A stretch of DNA of 64,000 nucleotides from Longimicrobiales bacterium. Lineage in GTDB: Bacteria; Gemmatimonadota; Gemmatimonadetes; Longimicrobiales; Gaopeijiaceae. The notes under the pieces are model-generated. The model made no database searches and was not told the DNA's origin. It saw nothing but the letters and a program-made list of their open reading frames with translations. The translations under genes were made by a program, and so were the position numbers. Location: the NCBI GenBank assembly GCA_041690395.1, contig JAWLHJ010000004.1, positions 577,478-641,477 on the forward strand, read 5' to 3'. Below, one piece after another: positions 9,307 to 19,452 of this stretch. Each line of letters opens with the position of its first letter. Within the stretch, counting starts at the first letter, position 1.

Positions 9307-10737
9307 ATGGCGAGTGACGCGCGCCTGACCCGCCTCGACCGGGTCGCCGAGCTATACGCCGGAATCACCGCTGCCACGCGGGTCTTCCTGGCGGCACTCG
9401 CCGAGTGCGACCGGCTCGGTGACTGGTCCGAGGAAGGGTTCACGTCATGCGCCGAGTGGCTCAGTTGGCGCCTCGGGATCACCCGGAACACCGCCAACGA
9501 GAAGGTCCGCGTCGCCCATGCCCTCGAGCGGCTACCCGAGATCGCCGGCGCCATGGAGCGGGGCGAGCTCTCGTTCAGCAAGGTCCGGGCGCTCACGCGC
9601 GTGGCCACGCCCGACAACGAGCGCGAGCTGCTGCCGTATGCCCTCTCGGTGTCGGCGGCCGGGCTCGAGCGCTTCGTCCGGAGCTGGCGGGAGATCGATG
9701 GGGAGGATCCCTCCGCTCGGGAACGGAGACTCCATGCGCGCCGGACATTCTCGGTGTTTCCGGGCGAGGACGGGCTGTACGTCCTTCGCGGTCGGCTCAC
9801 CCCGGAGGTCGCCGCCGTGCTGATGCGGGCGGTCGAAGCGGCCAGCGACGCGTTGTACCGCGAGGCCCGCCCAGTCCGCGAGCTCGACCCGAACGCCCGG
9901 TTCGACCTCGACGACGAAGCAGACCGCCGCGCCGCCGCGCAGCGCCGTGCCGACGCGCTCGGGCTGATCGCGGAGCGCGCGCTGGCGGCCGGATTCGGGG
10001 ACGACCGCGCGCCGGTGAGCGGGTCCAGGGCCGAGCGGTATCAGGTCGTGCTGCATGTGGGGGCGGACGGCGACGCGAAGCCCCGCGGCGCGGCGCCCCT
10101 CGACGACGGCGCGGCGCCCCTCGACCGCGGCGCGATCCTCGACGACGGCACGTCAGTTACCGCGGTAACTGCTCGGAGGCTCGCCTGTGACGCCGCACGG
10201 GTCGACGTGACACACGCCGCGGACGGCCAGGTCCTGGACGTCGGGCGCCGCACCCGCACGGTCCCCCCTTCGATCCGACGCGCACTCGAGGCCCGTGATG
10301 GCGGATGCCGCTTCCCCGGTTGCGGATCGCGCTTCACCGACGCCCATCACGTCGTGCACTGGGCGGAGGGCGGAGAAACGAGTCTGGGGAACCTCGTTCT
10401 ACTCTGTCGAAGGCATCATCGGAGCGTGCACGAGGGAGGTGTCACGGTCGCCATCGACCGTCACCAGCGCATCGTGTTCTTCACTCCGGATGGGCGGGCG
10501 ATGGCGGCGTGCGGAACGATGAAGGCCCGCGCGAGGGGGACGGCAGAAGCGAGGGGGATGGCAGAAGTGAGGGGGAAGGCAGAAGCGGGCGGGACGGCAG
10601 AGGCGAGAGTGGCCGCAGGGACGGGAGCGACCGGAGGGGACTGGCACACCTCACGCCCCTACAAGAGCGACGCGCTCGTTCCCTGGCGACTCGAGGCAGC
10701 CGCGTGGGAGGCCCTCGACCCGCCGGACGCGGCGTAA
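9307..10737 (+). CDS. DUF222 (13E12-like) domain plus HNH endonuclease; start uncertain (9196-9307)
   Basis: N-terminal FTSCAEWLSWRLG...GELSFSKVRALTRVAT; C-terminal RRALEARDGGCRFPGC...DAHHVVHWAEGGETSLGNLVLLCRRHHRSVH. Confidence 0.88.
   Translation: MASDARLTRLDRVAELYAGITAATRVFLAALAECDRLGDWSEEGFTSCAEWLSWRLGITRNTANEKVRVAHALERLPEIAGAMERGELSFSKVRALTRVATPDNERELLPYALSVSAAGLERFVRSWREIDGEDPSARERRLHARRTFSVFPGEDGLYVLRGRLTPEVAAVLMRAVEAASDALYREARPVRELDPNARFDLDDEADRRAAAQRRADALGLIAERALAAGFGDDRAPVSGSRAERYQVVLHVGADGDAKPRGAAPLDDGAAPLDRGAILDDGTSVTAVTARRLACDAARVDVTHAADGQVLDVGRRTRTVPPSIRRALEARDGGCRFPGCGSRFTDAHHVVHWAEGGETSLGNLVLLCRRHHRSVHEGGVTVAIDRHQRIVFFTPDGRAMAACGTMKARARGTAEARGMAEVRGKAEAGGTAEARVAAGTGATGGDWHTSRPYKSDALVPWRLEAAAWEALDPPDAA
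10087..10146. repeat. 21-bp in-frame tandem repeat, about 3 copies, in the HNH gene
   Basis: ggcgcggcgcccctcgacgac / ggcgcggcgcccctcgaccgc / ggcgcgatcctcgacgac. Confidence 0.85.
10154..10171. repeat. 18-bp perfect palindrome inside the HNH gene
   Basis: CAGTTACCGCGGTAACTG equals its own reverse complement. Confidence 0.95.
10531..10620. repeat. 18-bp in-frame tandem repeat, about 5 degenerate copies
   Basis: gcgagggggacggcagaa-type units encoding ARGTAE/ARGMAE/VRGKAE/AGGTAE. Confidence 0.85.
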
Positions 10738-10739
10738 GC

Positions 10740-10819
10740 CGGGCGTAGCCGCGGCGCGAGCGGGGCGTGGCCGCGGCGCGAACGGGGCGTGGCCGCAGCG
10801 CGAACGGGGCGCAGTCGCG
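10740..10819. repeat. 22-bp intergenic tandem repeat, about 3.6 copies, between convergent stops
   Basis: Head-to-tail ggggcgtggccgcggcgcgaac units. Confidence 0.88.
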
Positions 10820-10821
10820 CC

Positions 10822-11934
10822 CTATCCGTAGAACGCCCGCACCACCTCGCACACCCTCGCGACCCGCTCCTCCCCGAGCTCGGGGAAGATCGGCAGCGAG
10901 AGCACCTCCCCGCACAACGTCTCGGTGACGGGCAGGTCCCCGGCCCGGCCGCCGAGCGACGCGAAACACTCCTGGAGGTGGAGCGGCTCGGGATAGTAGA
11001 CGCCACTGCCGACCCCGCGGTCCGTCAGGTACCGGCGCAGCTCGTCGCGCCGGCGCACGCGGATGGTGAATTGGTTGTAGACATGCCTGGAGCCCGGCCC
11101 GCCGTCCCCCGGGAGCAGGACCTCCGCCACGTCCTCCAGCCCCTCCCGATACAGGTCCGCGTTCCGCGCCCGCGCCTCAGCCCACCCGTCCAGATGCCGC
11201 AGCTTGACCCGCAGCACGGCGGCCTGGAGCGCGTCGAGCCGCGAGTTGGTGCCCACCAACTCGTGATGGTACATCTGCCGGCCCCCGTGCACGCGGAGCT
11301 TGCCGACCCGCTCGGCCAGAGCGGCGTCGTTCGTCGTGACCAGCCCGCCATCCCCGAAGCCCCCGAGGTTCTTCGTCGGGAAGAAGCTGAACGCCCCCGC
11401 GTCGCCGACCGAGCCCGCCGCGCCCTCGGGCCCGCTGGCGCCGATCGCCTGGGCCGCGTCCTCGAGCACGAACACCCCGCGCGTCGTCGCCAACTCCATG
11501 ATGTCACCCATGGGCGCCGTCCGCCCGAACAGATGCACGGGCACGACCGCCACCGTCCGCTCCGACCAGACCGCCTCGAGCGTGGCCGCGCTCACGTTGA
11601 ACGTCTCCGGATCGACGTCGCAGAAGACCGGCCGCAGCCCCGCGTTCCACACCGCGCCCGCGGTCGCGAAGAAGGTGAACGACGGCACGATCACCTCCGA
11701 GCCCGGCTCCGCGTCGATCGCCTGAAGGGGGAGAAGCAGCGCATCCGTCCCGGACGCCACCCCGACAGCGTGACGCACCCCGATGTACCGCGCGATCTCT
11801 TCCTCGAACGCCTCCACCTCCGGACCGAGCACGAAGCCCTGACTCTCGACGACGCGCGCGACGGCGCGATCGAGCTCTTCACGAATCGATGCGTACTGAG
11901 CCTTCAAGTCGAGGAGCGGGATCTGCTGCGACAC
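10822..11934 (-). CDS. DegT/DnrJ/EryC1/StrS sugar aminotransferase (WbpE-like)
   Basis: IPLLDLKAQY, SGTDAL, EDAAQAIGA, SFFPTKNLGGFGDGG, NSRLDALQA. Confidence 0.93.
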   Translation of the reverse strand: MSQQIPLLDLKAQYASIREELDRAVARVVESQGFVLGPEVEAFEEEIARYIGVRHAVGVASGTDALLLPLQAIDAEPGSEVIVPSFTFFATAGAVWNAGLRPVFCDVDPETFNVSAATLEAVWSERTVAVVPVHLFGRTAPMGDIMELATTRGVFVLEDAAQAIGASGPEGAAGSVGDAGAFSFFPTKNLGGFGDGGLVTTNDAALAERVGKLRVHGGRQMYHHELVGTNSRLDALQAAVLRVKLRHLDGWAEARARNADLYREGLEDVAEVLLPGDGGPGSRHVYNQFTIRVRRRDELRRYLTDRGVGSGVYYPEPLHLQECFASLGGRAGDLPVTETLCGEVLSLPIFPELGEERVARVCEVVRAFYG

Positions 11935-12087
11935 GTCGGAATCCAATCTGCGGTGAACGATGAGCTCGGCGAATGCCTGTCCGGGACGGCCCGATATCCA
12001 AACGGGCCCCGTCACTCCAAAGGTACCGGACCCGCCCATCGCGGCCTACCTTGGAGCACCCTCCCTTCCCCCCAGACCCCGCGCTCC

Positions 12088-13599
12088 ATGACGCCTCCAT
12101 CGTCCGTCATCCCCGTCCTCATGTGTGGCGGATCGGGGACCCGCCTCTGGCCCCTCTCGCGGGCATCCGCGCCTAAGCAGTTCGTGCCGCTCACCGGAGA
12201 CCGCAGCCTCCTGCGTGAAACGTGCGCCCGGGTCGCGCCCCATGCCGGTTCCCGCTGGATCGCCGTCACGAATGTCGATCACCGCTTCCTGGTCGCCGAA
12301 CAGCTACGCGCCGAAGGGCTCGAGCAGTCCGCCATCCTCCTCGAACCCGTCGCCAGGAACACCGCCCCCGCCATCGCCGTCGCCGCGCTCGAAGCGCTCG
12401 CCAAGGGGCCCGGAACCGCTGGGGAAGTGGATTCCGATGCGGATCCGATCCTCCTCGTTCTTCCCTCGGATCACGTCATACGCAACCGGGAGGCCTTCGG
12501 TGACGCCCTCTCCCAGGCCGTGACGGAGGCCGCGAGCGGCGCCCTCGTCACCTTCGGCGTCGTCCCCACCGGCCCGTCGACCGGCTACGGCTACATCCGG
12601 GCAGGTGACGCGGAGAAGGGTGACGCGGAGAAGGGTGGCGCGGCCGGCGCGGGCGGCACCGCGGCCGCCTCCACCGCCCGCCCCGTCGCCGAGTTCGTCG
12701 AGAAGCCCGACGCCGACACCGCCGCCCGCTACGTCGCATCCGGCGACTACTTCTGGAACAGCGGGATGTTCGTCTTCCGCGCGAGCCGGTACCTGGCCGA
12801 GCTCGAGCGCCACCGGCCCGACATGCTCGCCCTCTGCCGGAAGGCGTTCGACGCCCGCCGCGCCGAGTCCGACTTCGTCAGGCTCGCCGACGAGCCTTTC
12901 GGCGCCATCGAGCCCGAGTCCATCGACTACGCCGTCATGGAGCATACCGACGCCGCCGTCGTCGTGCCCCTCGACGCCGACTGGAACGACGTCGGCAGCT
13001 GGGACGCGCTCTGGGACATCGCCGACAAGGACGCCGACGGCAACGCCACCGCCGGCGACGTCCTCACCGCCGACACCTCCGGGTCCTATCTCCGGAGCGA
13101 TGGCCGGCGACTCCTCGCCGCGGTCGGCCTCCGGGACATCGTCGTGGTCGACACCCCCGACGCCGTGCTCGTCGCGCCTCGCGCCCGCGCGCAAGAGGTC
13201 AAGGCGATCGTCGAGCAGCTGAAGGCCGCCGACCGGGAGGAGGCCCAGCTCCCCGCCCGTGTCCTCCGCCCCTGGGGCGACTACGAGAGCCTCGACGTCG
13301 GGAAGATGTACCAGGTCAAGCGGATCACCGTGAAGCCCGGCGCCAAGCTCTCGATCCAGAAGCACCGGCACCGCGCCGAGCACTGGACCGTCGTCGAGGG
13401 AACCGCACGGGTGCTGCGGGACGACGAGACCTTCGATCTCGAGGAGAACGAGTCGTGCTTCCTGCCGCTAGGTTGCGTGCACCGACTCGAGAACCCCGGC
13501 ACCGAGCCGATGATTCTCATCGAGGTGCAGTACGGCGACTACCTCGGCGAGGACGACATCATCCGGTTCGAGGACGAGTATGGGCGGGTGGAGAAGTAG
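12088..13599 (+). CDS. manC: Mannose-1-phosphate guanylyltransferase / mannose-6-phosphate isomerase
   Basis: GGSGTRLWPLSR..PKQF, EPVARNTAPA, FVEKPD, WNSGMF, SIDYAVME, C-terminal cupin RPWG...HRAEHW. Confidence 0.95.
   Translation: MTPPSSVIPVLMCGGSGTRLWPLSRASAPKQFVPLTGDRSLLRETCARVAPHAGSRWIAVTNVDHRFLVAEQLRAEGLEQSAILLEPVARNTAPAIAVAALEALAKGPGTAGEVDSDADPILLVLPSDHVIRNREAFGDALSQAVTEAASGALVTFGVVPTGPSTGYGYIRAGDAEKGDAEKGGAAGAGGTAAASTARPVAEFVEKPDADTAARYVASGDYFWNSGMFVFRASRYLAELERHRPDMLALCRKAFDARRAESDFVRLADEPFGAIEPESIDYAVMEHTDAAVVVPLDADWNDVGSWDALWDIADKDADGNATAGDVLTADTSGSYLRSDGRRLLAAVGLRDIVVVDTPDAVLVAPRARAQEVKAIVEQLKAADREEAQLPARVLRPWGDYESLDVGKMYQVKRITVKPGAKLSIQKHRHRAEHWTVVEGTARVLRDDETFDLEENESCFLPLGCVHRLENPGTEPMILIEVQYGDYLGEDDIIRFEDEYGRVEK
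12604..12643. repeat. 15-bp tandem duplication inside manC
   Basis: ggtgacgcggagaag twice plus a partial third copy (GDAEK GDAEK GGA). Confidence 0.88.
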
Positions 13600-13620
13600 G
13601 GCGCGGAGGGCCCACCCCCC

Positions 13621-15657
<2,037 letters not shown>

Positions 15658-15793
15658 GGGAGCGTTTGCCGGGGGTTGGTGCGGAAACCGAGATGGAGGC
15701 CGATCGGGCCATGTCGCCGGCCCGGGGGCCGCGCGAGGATCCTCATGATTCCCGTATGGAGACCGTAAGTTCCTATCCTTCCCGGCCCAGGAG

Positions 15794-15810
15794 GTATTAC
15801 ATTGTATGAC
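15794..15810 (+). promoter_or_regulatory. Putative -10 box and autoregulatory operator of the RHH-PIN pair
   Basis: GTATTAC-att-GTATGAC abutting the ATG; contains TACATT 7 nt before the start. Confidence 0.45.
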
Positions 15811-16032
15811 ATGAAGACCTCGACCCTGACGATTCGACTGGATCCAGAGATGGAGGCGCAGCTCGACCGGGCGGCTGAGCGGGCGGGCAGGACGCGTAGC
15901 GAGTTCGTGCGTGATGCGCTCCGACGTCAGATCGCCCTCGCCGAGTTCGAAGAGCTACGGAGGATCATCATGCCGTTCGCCGAGGCGCGCGGCTACCTGA
16001 CCGACGAGGACGTGTTCCGCGACGTCTCGTGA
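15811..16032 (+). CDS. CopG/RHH-family antitoxin
   Basis: TLTIRLD...[13 protein letters not shown]; stop overlaps the PIN start (GTGA). Confidence 0.88.
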   Translation: MKTSTLTIRLDPEMEAQLDRAAERAGRTRSEFVRDALRRQIALAEFEELRRIIMPFAEARGYLTDEDVFRDVS

Positions 16033-16436
16033 GGGTGTTTCTCGACACGAACGTCCTGGTATCGGCGTTCGGCACCCGGGGCCTATGCACGGATGTGCTC
16101 CTCGCGGTCCTTCGGGATCACGAACTCGTGACCGGAGAGACGGTACTAGAAGAGCTACCTCGGGTGCTGGCGCGGAAGTTCCGGCTCCCCGGGACCACGG
16201 TCGAGCGCGTCGTGACGCTGCTCCGGCACGAGTCGGTGATGATAGCCCGGGCCATGTCCATCGACGTCGATGTGCGCGATCCCAATGACGTGTCCATCCT
16301 CGGTGAAGGGCTGGCAGGGCAGGCCGAGGTGCTCGTGACCGGCGATGAGGACCTGCTCGAGGTGTCGGACCCCGGGGCGATCCGAATCGTGAGTCCGCGG
16401 GCGTTTTGGGAGATGCTGAGAACGAAGGGCGCCTGA
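16029..16436 (+). CDS. PIN-domain toxin
   Basis: VFLDTNVLVSA, RDPND, LVTGDEDLL. Confidence 0.9.
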   Translation: MRVFLDTNVLVSAFGTRGLCTDVLLAVLRDHELVTGETVLEELPRVLARKFRLPGTTVERVVTLLRHESVMIARAMSIDVDVRDPNDVSILGEGLAGQAEVLVTGDEDLLEVSDPGAIRIVSPRAFWEMLRTKGA

Positions 16437-16443
16437 ACGGAGC

Positions 16444-16950
16444 CTACTTGGCGGCAACCCGCTCCACCGCCCCCGGCAACCTCCGCCGGATCATCCGCGC
16501 GCCCACGCTCACCGTCACCAGCGTGCCGACCACCACCAGCCCCCAGAACGCCGGCCACAAGGCCCGCTGCTCGAGCGTCGAGGCCAGCACCGGCATCACG
16601 AATCGCGTGAGCGTCTCGGCCACGGCCGCGGCCATGAGCCCCACGTACGACCACGCCATCCAGGCCGCGTGCGCATCGATCCATTGCCCCTCGGGACGAC
16701 GGGCCAGCACGCTCCACACTCCGGCGCCCACCGTGAGCAGGGCGACCACGGCGGCGAAGTGGAACGGGGTCACGCGGCCGGTCAGGTTGTACATGGCCAG
16801 CGAGGTCGCCACGAGGCCGAGCATGCTCCACGCGTAGCCGTGACCCCACGTGCGGTGCCAGCGGGTGCCCTTGGGAAGCAGCAACGTGACGGCGCCGAGC
16901 AGAATGGCGAGGAGGCTGAACGTGAAGTGCACGGCGCCGATGGGTGTCAT
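16444..16950 (-). CDS. Membrane protein, DUF2306-like
   Basis: Several hydrophobic segments, KGTRWHRTWG, H and MAWSYVGL motifs; ATG overlaps the mazF stop. Confidence 0.72.
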   Translation of the reverse strand: MTPIGAVHFTFSLLAILLGAVTLLLPKGTRWHRTWGHGYAWSMLGLVATSLAMYNLTGRVTPFHFAAVVALLTVGAGVWSVLARRPEGQWIDAHAAWMAWSYVGLMAAAVAETLTRFVMPVLASTLEQRALWPAFWGLVVVGTLVTVSVGARMIRRRLPGAVERVAAK

Positions 16951-17294
16951 GTCAGCTCCAATACGAGACGAAGCCCGCGGTCCACCTCTCGCATGATCCG
17001 GCGAGGGGCCTTCCCCGCCTTCTCCGCCAGGAACACTACGTCGAGCGTTACGATCTGCGTGATGTTCGCCACCGAGTCCCTGGGCAGACCACTGGCTTCG
17101 GACCGGACGAGCACGTTGCCCGGCGCGCCGATCAGGCGGGTGTTCGAGGTCAGCACGACGCAAAGGACGGTCGAGAGTCGGCTCCGATTGAACGCGTCCG
17201 CCTGCACGACGAGCACGGGGCGTCGGCGCCCAGGCTCGGAGCCGCGAGGCTCATCGAGATCGGCCCACCATATCTCTCCTCGCTCGACTACCAA
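16947..17294 (-). CDS. MazF/PemK-family endoribonuclease toxin
   Basis: RGEIWWADLDEPRGSEPGRRRPVLVVQADAFN, SGLPRDSVANITQIVTLD. Confidence 0.93.
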   Translation of the reverse strand: MVVERGEIWWADLDEPRGSEPGRRRPVLVVQADAFNRSRLSTVLCVVLTSNTRLIGAPGNVLVRSEASGLPRDSVANITQIVTLDVVFLAEKAGKAPRRIMREVDRGLRLVLELT

Positions 17295-17524
17295 TCGGAC
17301 CCACCGACGCTCCGGGCCTGCGCCGCCCTGAGATCGGCGTCGAGCCCCCCTGGCTCCTCGGCATACACCTCGTTGAGACGCGCCGTCAGGTCCTCGTCTC
17401 GGTGCTTGGCCACATACTCCGTGACGGCCTGGGCGTAGAGCTCACTCCGAGACACGCCGAGCCGGCCGGCCATCTCGTCGGCAGCCTCGTGGATCTCATC
17501 GGGGACCGAAATCGCGATCTTCAT
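17288..17524 (-). CDS. RHH antitoxin partner of the MazF toxin
   Basis: MKIAISVPD...GVSRSELY; overlaps the toxin start. Confidence 0.88.
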   Translation of the reverse strand: MKIAISVPDEIHEAADEMAGRLGVSRSELYAQAVTEYVAKHRDEDLTARLNEVYAEEPGGLDADLRAAQARSVGGSDW

Positions 17525-17548
17525 ACCTATATCATACTATAGTCATAC
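17521..17548 (-). promoter_or_regulatory. Three GTATGA boxes at 11-bp phase overlapping the promoter and start codon; putative operator
   Basis: TCATAC at 17521, 17532 and 17543; TATAGT/TATGAT -10-like hexamers within. Confidence 0.6.
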
Positions 17549-17626
17549 CAACGCGCGCTACGGTCACGCACCATCGCTCCTCGTGTCCCGCACGCGGGAA
17601 GGGCGCGAGGATAGTTGGATGGGACG

Positions 17627-18113
17627 TCAGGCCAACCCCAACGTCTCCCGCACACCCGAATGCGACGGCTCCCACGCCGCCTCGCCCACTGCCAGCACCC
17701 CACGCGCCGGCAGGGTCACCCCGCCAATCGTCGGGCACTCGGCCAACCGGGTAGGCGCGCCGAGATCGTCCCCGTTCAGCACGGCCCGTGACGCGGCCAC
17801 CCAGTACATCCGCTTGGGCATGAGCACGCCGTCGTGCCCGCTGGGCATGGTCCCGGACAGGCGCAGGTCCCCGAGTCCGAGGAGGTGGCGCGCCAGGAGC
17901 TCCCGCTATCGCCCACCGGCCCTCCGGGTCCCGGTGCCACACCGTCCGGTACGGCGCGAAGCTGTTCTCGGGGAAGACGCGGAGTGCCAGCACGTGACCG
18001 GAGCCCAGCGGCAATCCGAACACGCCCCACCCGCGCACATACTCGTGACCGGGAAACGGCGGCCGCCCTCGGCCCGACGGCATCGACTCGAGCTCCTTCC
18101 TCAGATCCAACAC
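17627..18113 (-). pseudogene. Hypothetical gene broken by a frameshift or internal deletion near 17906
   Basis: Protein-like 5' half (...YRTVWHRDPEGRWAI) continues as protein-like text only in another frame (RELLARHLLGLGDLRLSGTMPSGHDG...). Confidence 0.6.
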
Positions 18114-18216
18114 GGGCGCCCCCCTCGTTCGGGTTCACGTCACTCCGTGTCAGGATGCGTGGAAGTGGGGGGCGGAGGGACAGCTCTCACGGGCTCGTCA
18201 CGATCCGCCTTTAGCC

Positions 18217-18729
18217 TCACCGGCCCTGGATCATCCGGTCCACCGACGCCGCGCCGCTCCCCCGCAGGACGATGGCCGCTGCCATCGCGATGGCCAGGAG
18301 ATGGAACTCGAACCCCTCGGCGCCCGCAGCGAGCGCTCCGTCCCAGTTCATGAAGAAGCCGTGCTCGAGATGGGTCGCGGCCGCCACGGTCATCAGGACG
18401 GCGATCCCCAACGCCGCGATCCGCCCGCCCACGCCGACCAGGAGCGCCAGAGGCGCGGAGAACTCACTTACGATGGCGAGCGTCGCCAGGGCCCCGGGAA
18501 TCCCGACGACGGTCGTCATCCACTCGTGCGTTCCCGCGAAGCCGTAGCCTCCGAACCAGCCGAACAGGTGCTGGGCGCCGTGGGGGAACAGGACCCCGGC
18601 GAGGGCGACGCGGATCACGAGGAGCGCCGGGTCCGGGTCGGTCCGGACGAAAGACGCGAGGAGATCTCGCCCGGCGCTCATCCGGTCGAGACGGCGAGTG
18701 GTCGTGAGGGTGCTCGTCTGCGTGCTCAT
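18217..18729 (-). CDS. DoxX-family membrane protein
   Basis: PHGAQHLFGWFGGYG, GFFMNW, GFEFHLLAI, GSGAASVD. Confidence 0.9.
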   Translation of the reverse strand: MSTQTSTLTTTRRLDRMSAGRDLLASFVRTDPDPALLVIRVALAGVLFPHGAQHLFGWFGGYGFAGTHEWMTTVVGIPGALATLAIVSEFSAPLALLVGVGGRIAALGIAVLMTVAAATHLEHGFFMNWDGALAAGAEGFEFHLLAIAMAAAIVLRGSGAASVDRMIQGR

Positions 18730-18774
18730 ATCGTCTTGTTCATCTTCATTTGTGTGCCGATTGAGGCACAGTTG

Positions 18775-18801
18775 GTGTCATATCAATCGTTGACATGACA
18801 A
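18775..18801. promoter_or_regulatory. Tandem putative MarR operators upstream of doxX
   Basis: GTGTCATATCAA and TTGACATGACAA, 15-bp period. Confidence 0.65.
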
Positions 18802-18828
18802 GCATCTAGGTAAAGGAAAGGCCCATCT

Positions 18829-19311
18829 TCAGGCTCGGCGGACCCGCTCCAGAATCGCCGTGAGCTGCGCGATCTCGTGGGCGTCGAGCGTCCCGACCGC
18901 CTCGCCGTCCGCGCGGTCCACCGCCTCGTCGAGATCGGCCAGCAGAGCCAAGCCCGGCTTCTCGATGTGCGTCAGGACCAGCCGGCGATCCTCCTCCGAC
19001 CGCTCCCTCCGCACGAAGCCCTTCGACTCCAACCGGTCGAGCAGCCTCGTGATGCCCGGCGTCTGCTCGATGAGGCGCTCCCCGATCTCGAGGGTCGGCA
19101 ACGGCTCCGGGTGGGATCCCCGCAGGATGCGCAGGACGTTGTACTGCTGGAGCGTGATGCCCTTCGGCTCGATCACCCCACTCAACCTCCGGCGCACCAC
19201 ATCCGCGGTCCGGAGGATGGCGATGGTCGCCTCCTCCGCCGGCCCGCGAAACGGCCTACCCTGCTTGATCTCGGCCTGGAGGGTGCCCGATGGGTTCCGT
19301 GAAGTGCTCAT
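18829..19311 (-). CDS. MarR-family transcriptional regulator
   Basis: ITLQQYNVLRILRG, PGITRLLDRLESKGFVRRERSEEDRR. Confidence 0.92.
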   Translation of the reverse strand: MSTSRNPSGTLQAEIKQGRPFRGPAEEATIAILRTADVVRRRLSGVIEPKGITLQQYNVLRILRGSHPEPLPTLEIGERLIEQTPGITRLLDRLESKGFVRRERSEEDRRLVLTHIEKPGLALLADLDEAVDRADGEAVGTLDAHEIAQLTAILERVRRA

Positions 19312-19319
19312 ATCTATAA

Positions 19320-19346
19320 TTGATATGATTATGATTGACGTGTCAA
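19320..19346. promoter_or_regulatory. Tandem putative MarR operators upstream of marR
   Basis: TTGATATGATTA and TTGACGTGTCAA, 15-bp period, same motif as at doxX. Confidence 0.65.
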
Positions 19347-19452
19347 GTATCAATCGGAACCGCGTAGCGACGGACGGCATGTGAGACATCACTGACCACC
19401 AACGCGTTCGCGTCAGCGCACCACAGCTCCCTCGTCCAGTCGACGGCGGAGT

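Noticed and set aside
10740..10819. 22-bp repeats as a CRISPR array
   Set aside because: Units are head-to-tail without unique spacers, and no cas genes are present.
10789..12087. Apparent 433-aa N-terminal extension of ManC
   Set aside because: It is the antisense of the DegT gene; ManC homology begins at about 12088.
15671..15683. GGGGGTTGGTGCG upstream of uvrB matching one arm of the S10 leader stem
   Set aside because: Only 13 bp and G-rich with no partner arm; compatible with chance.
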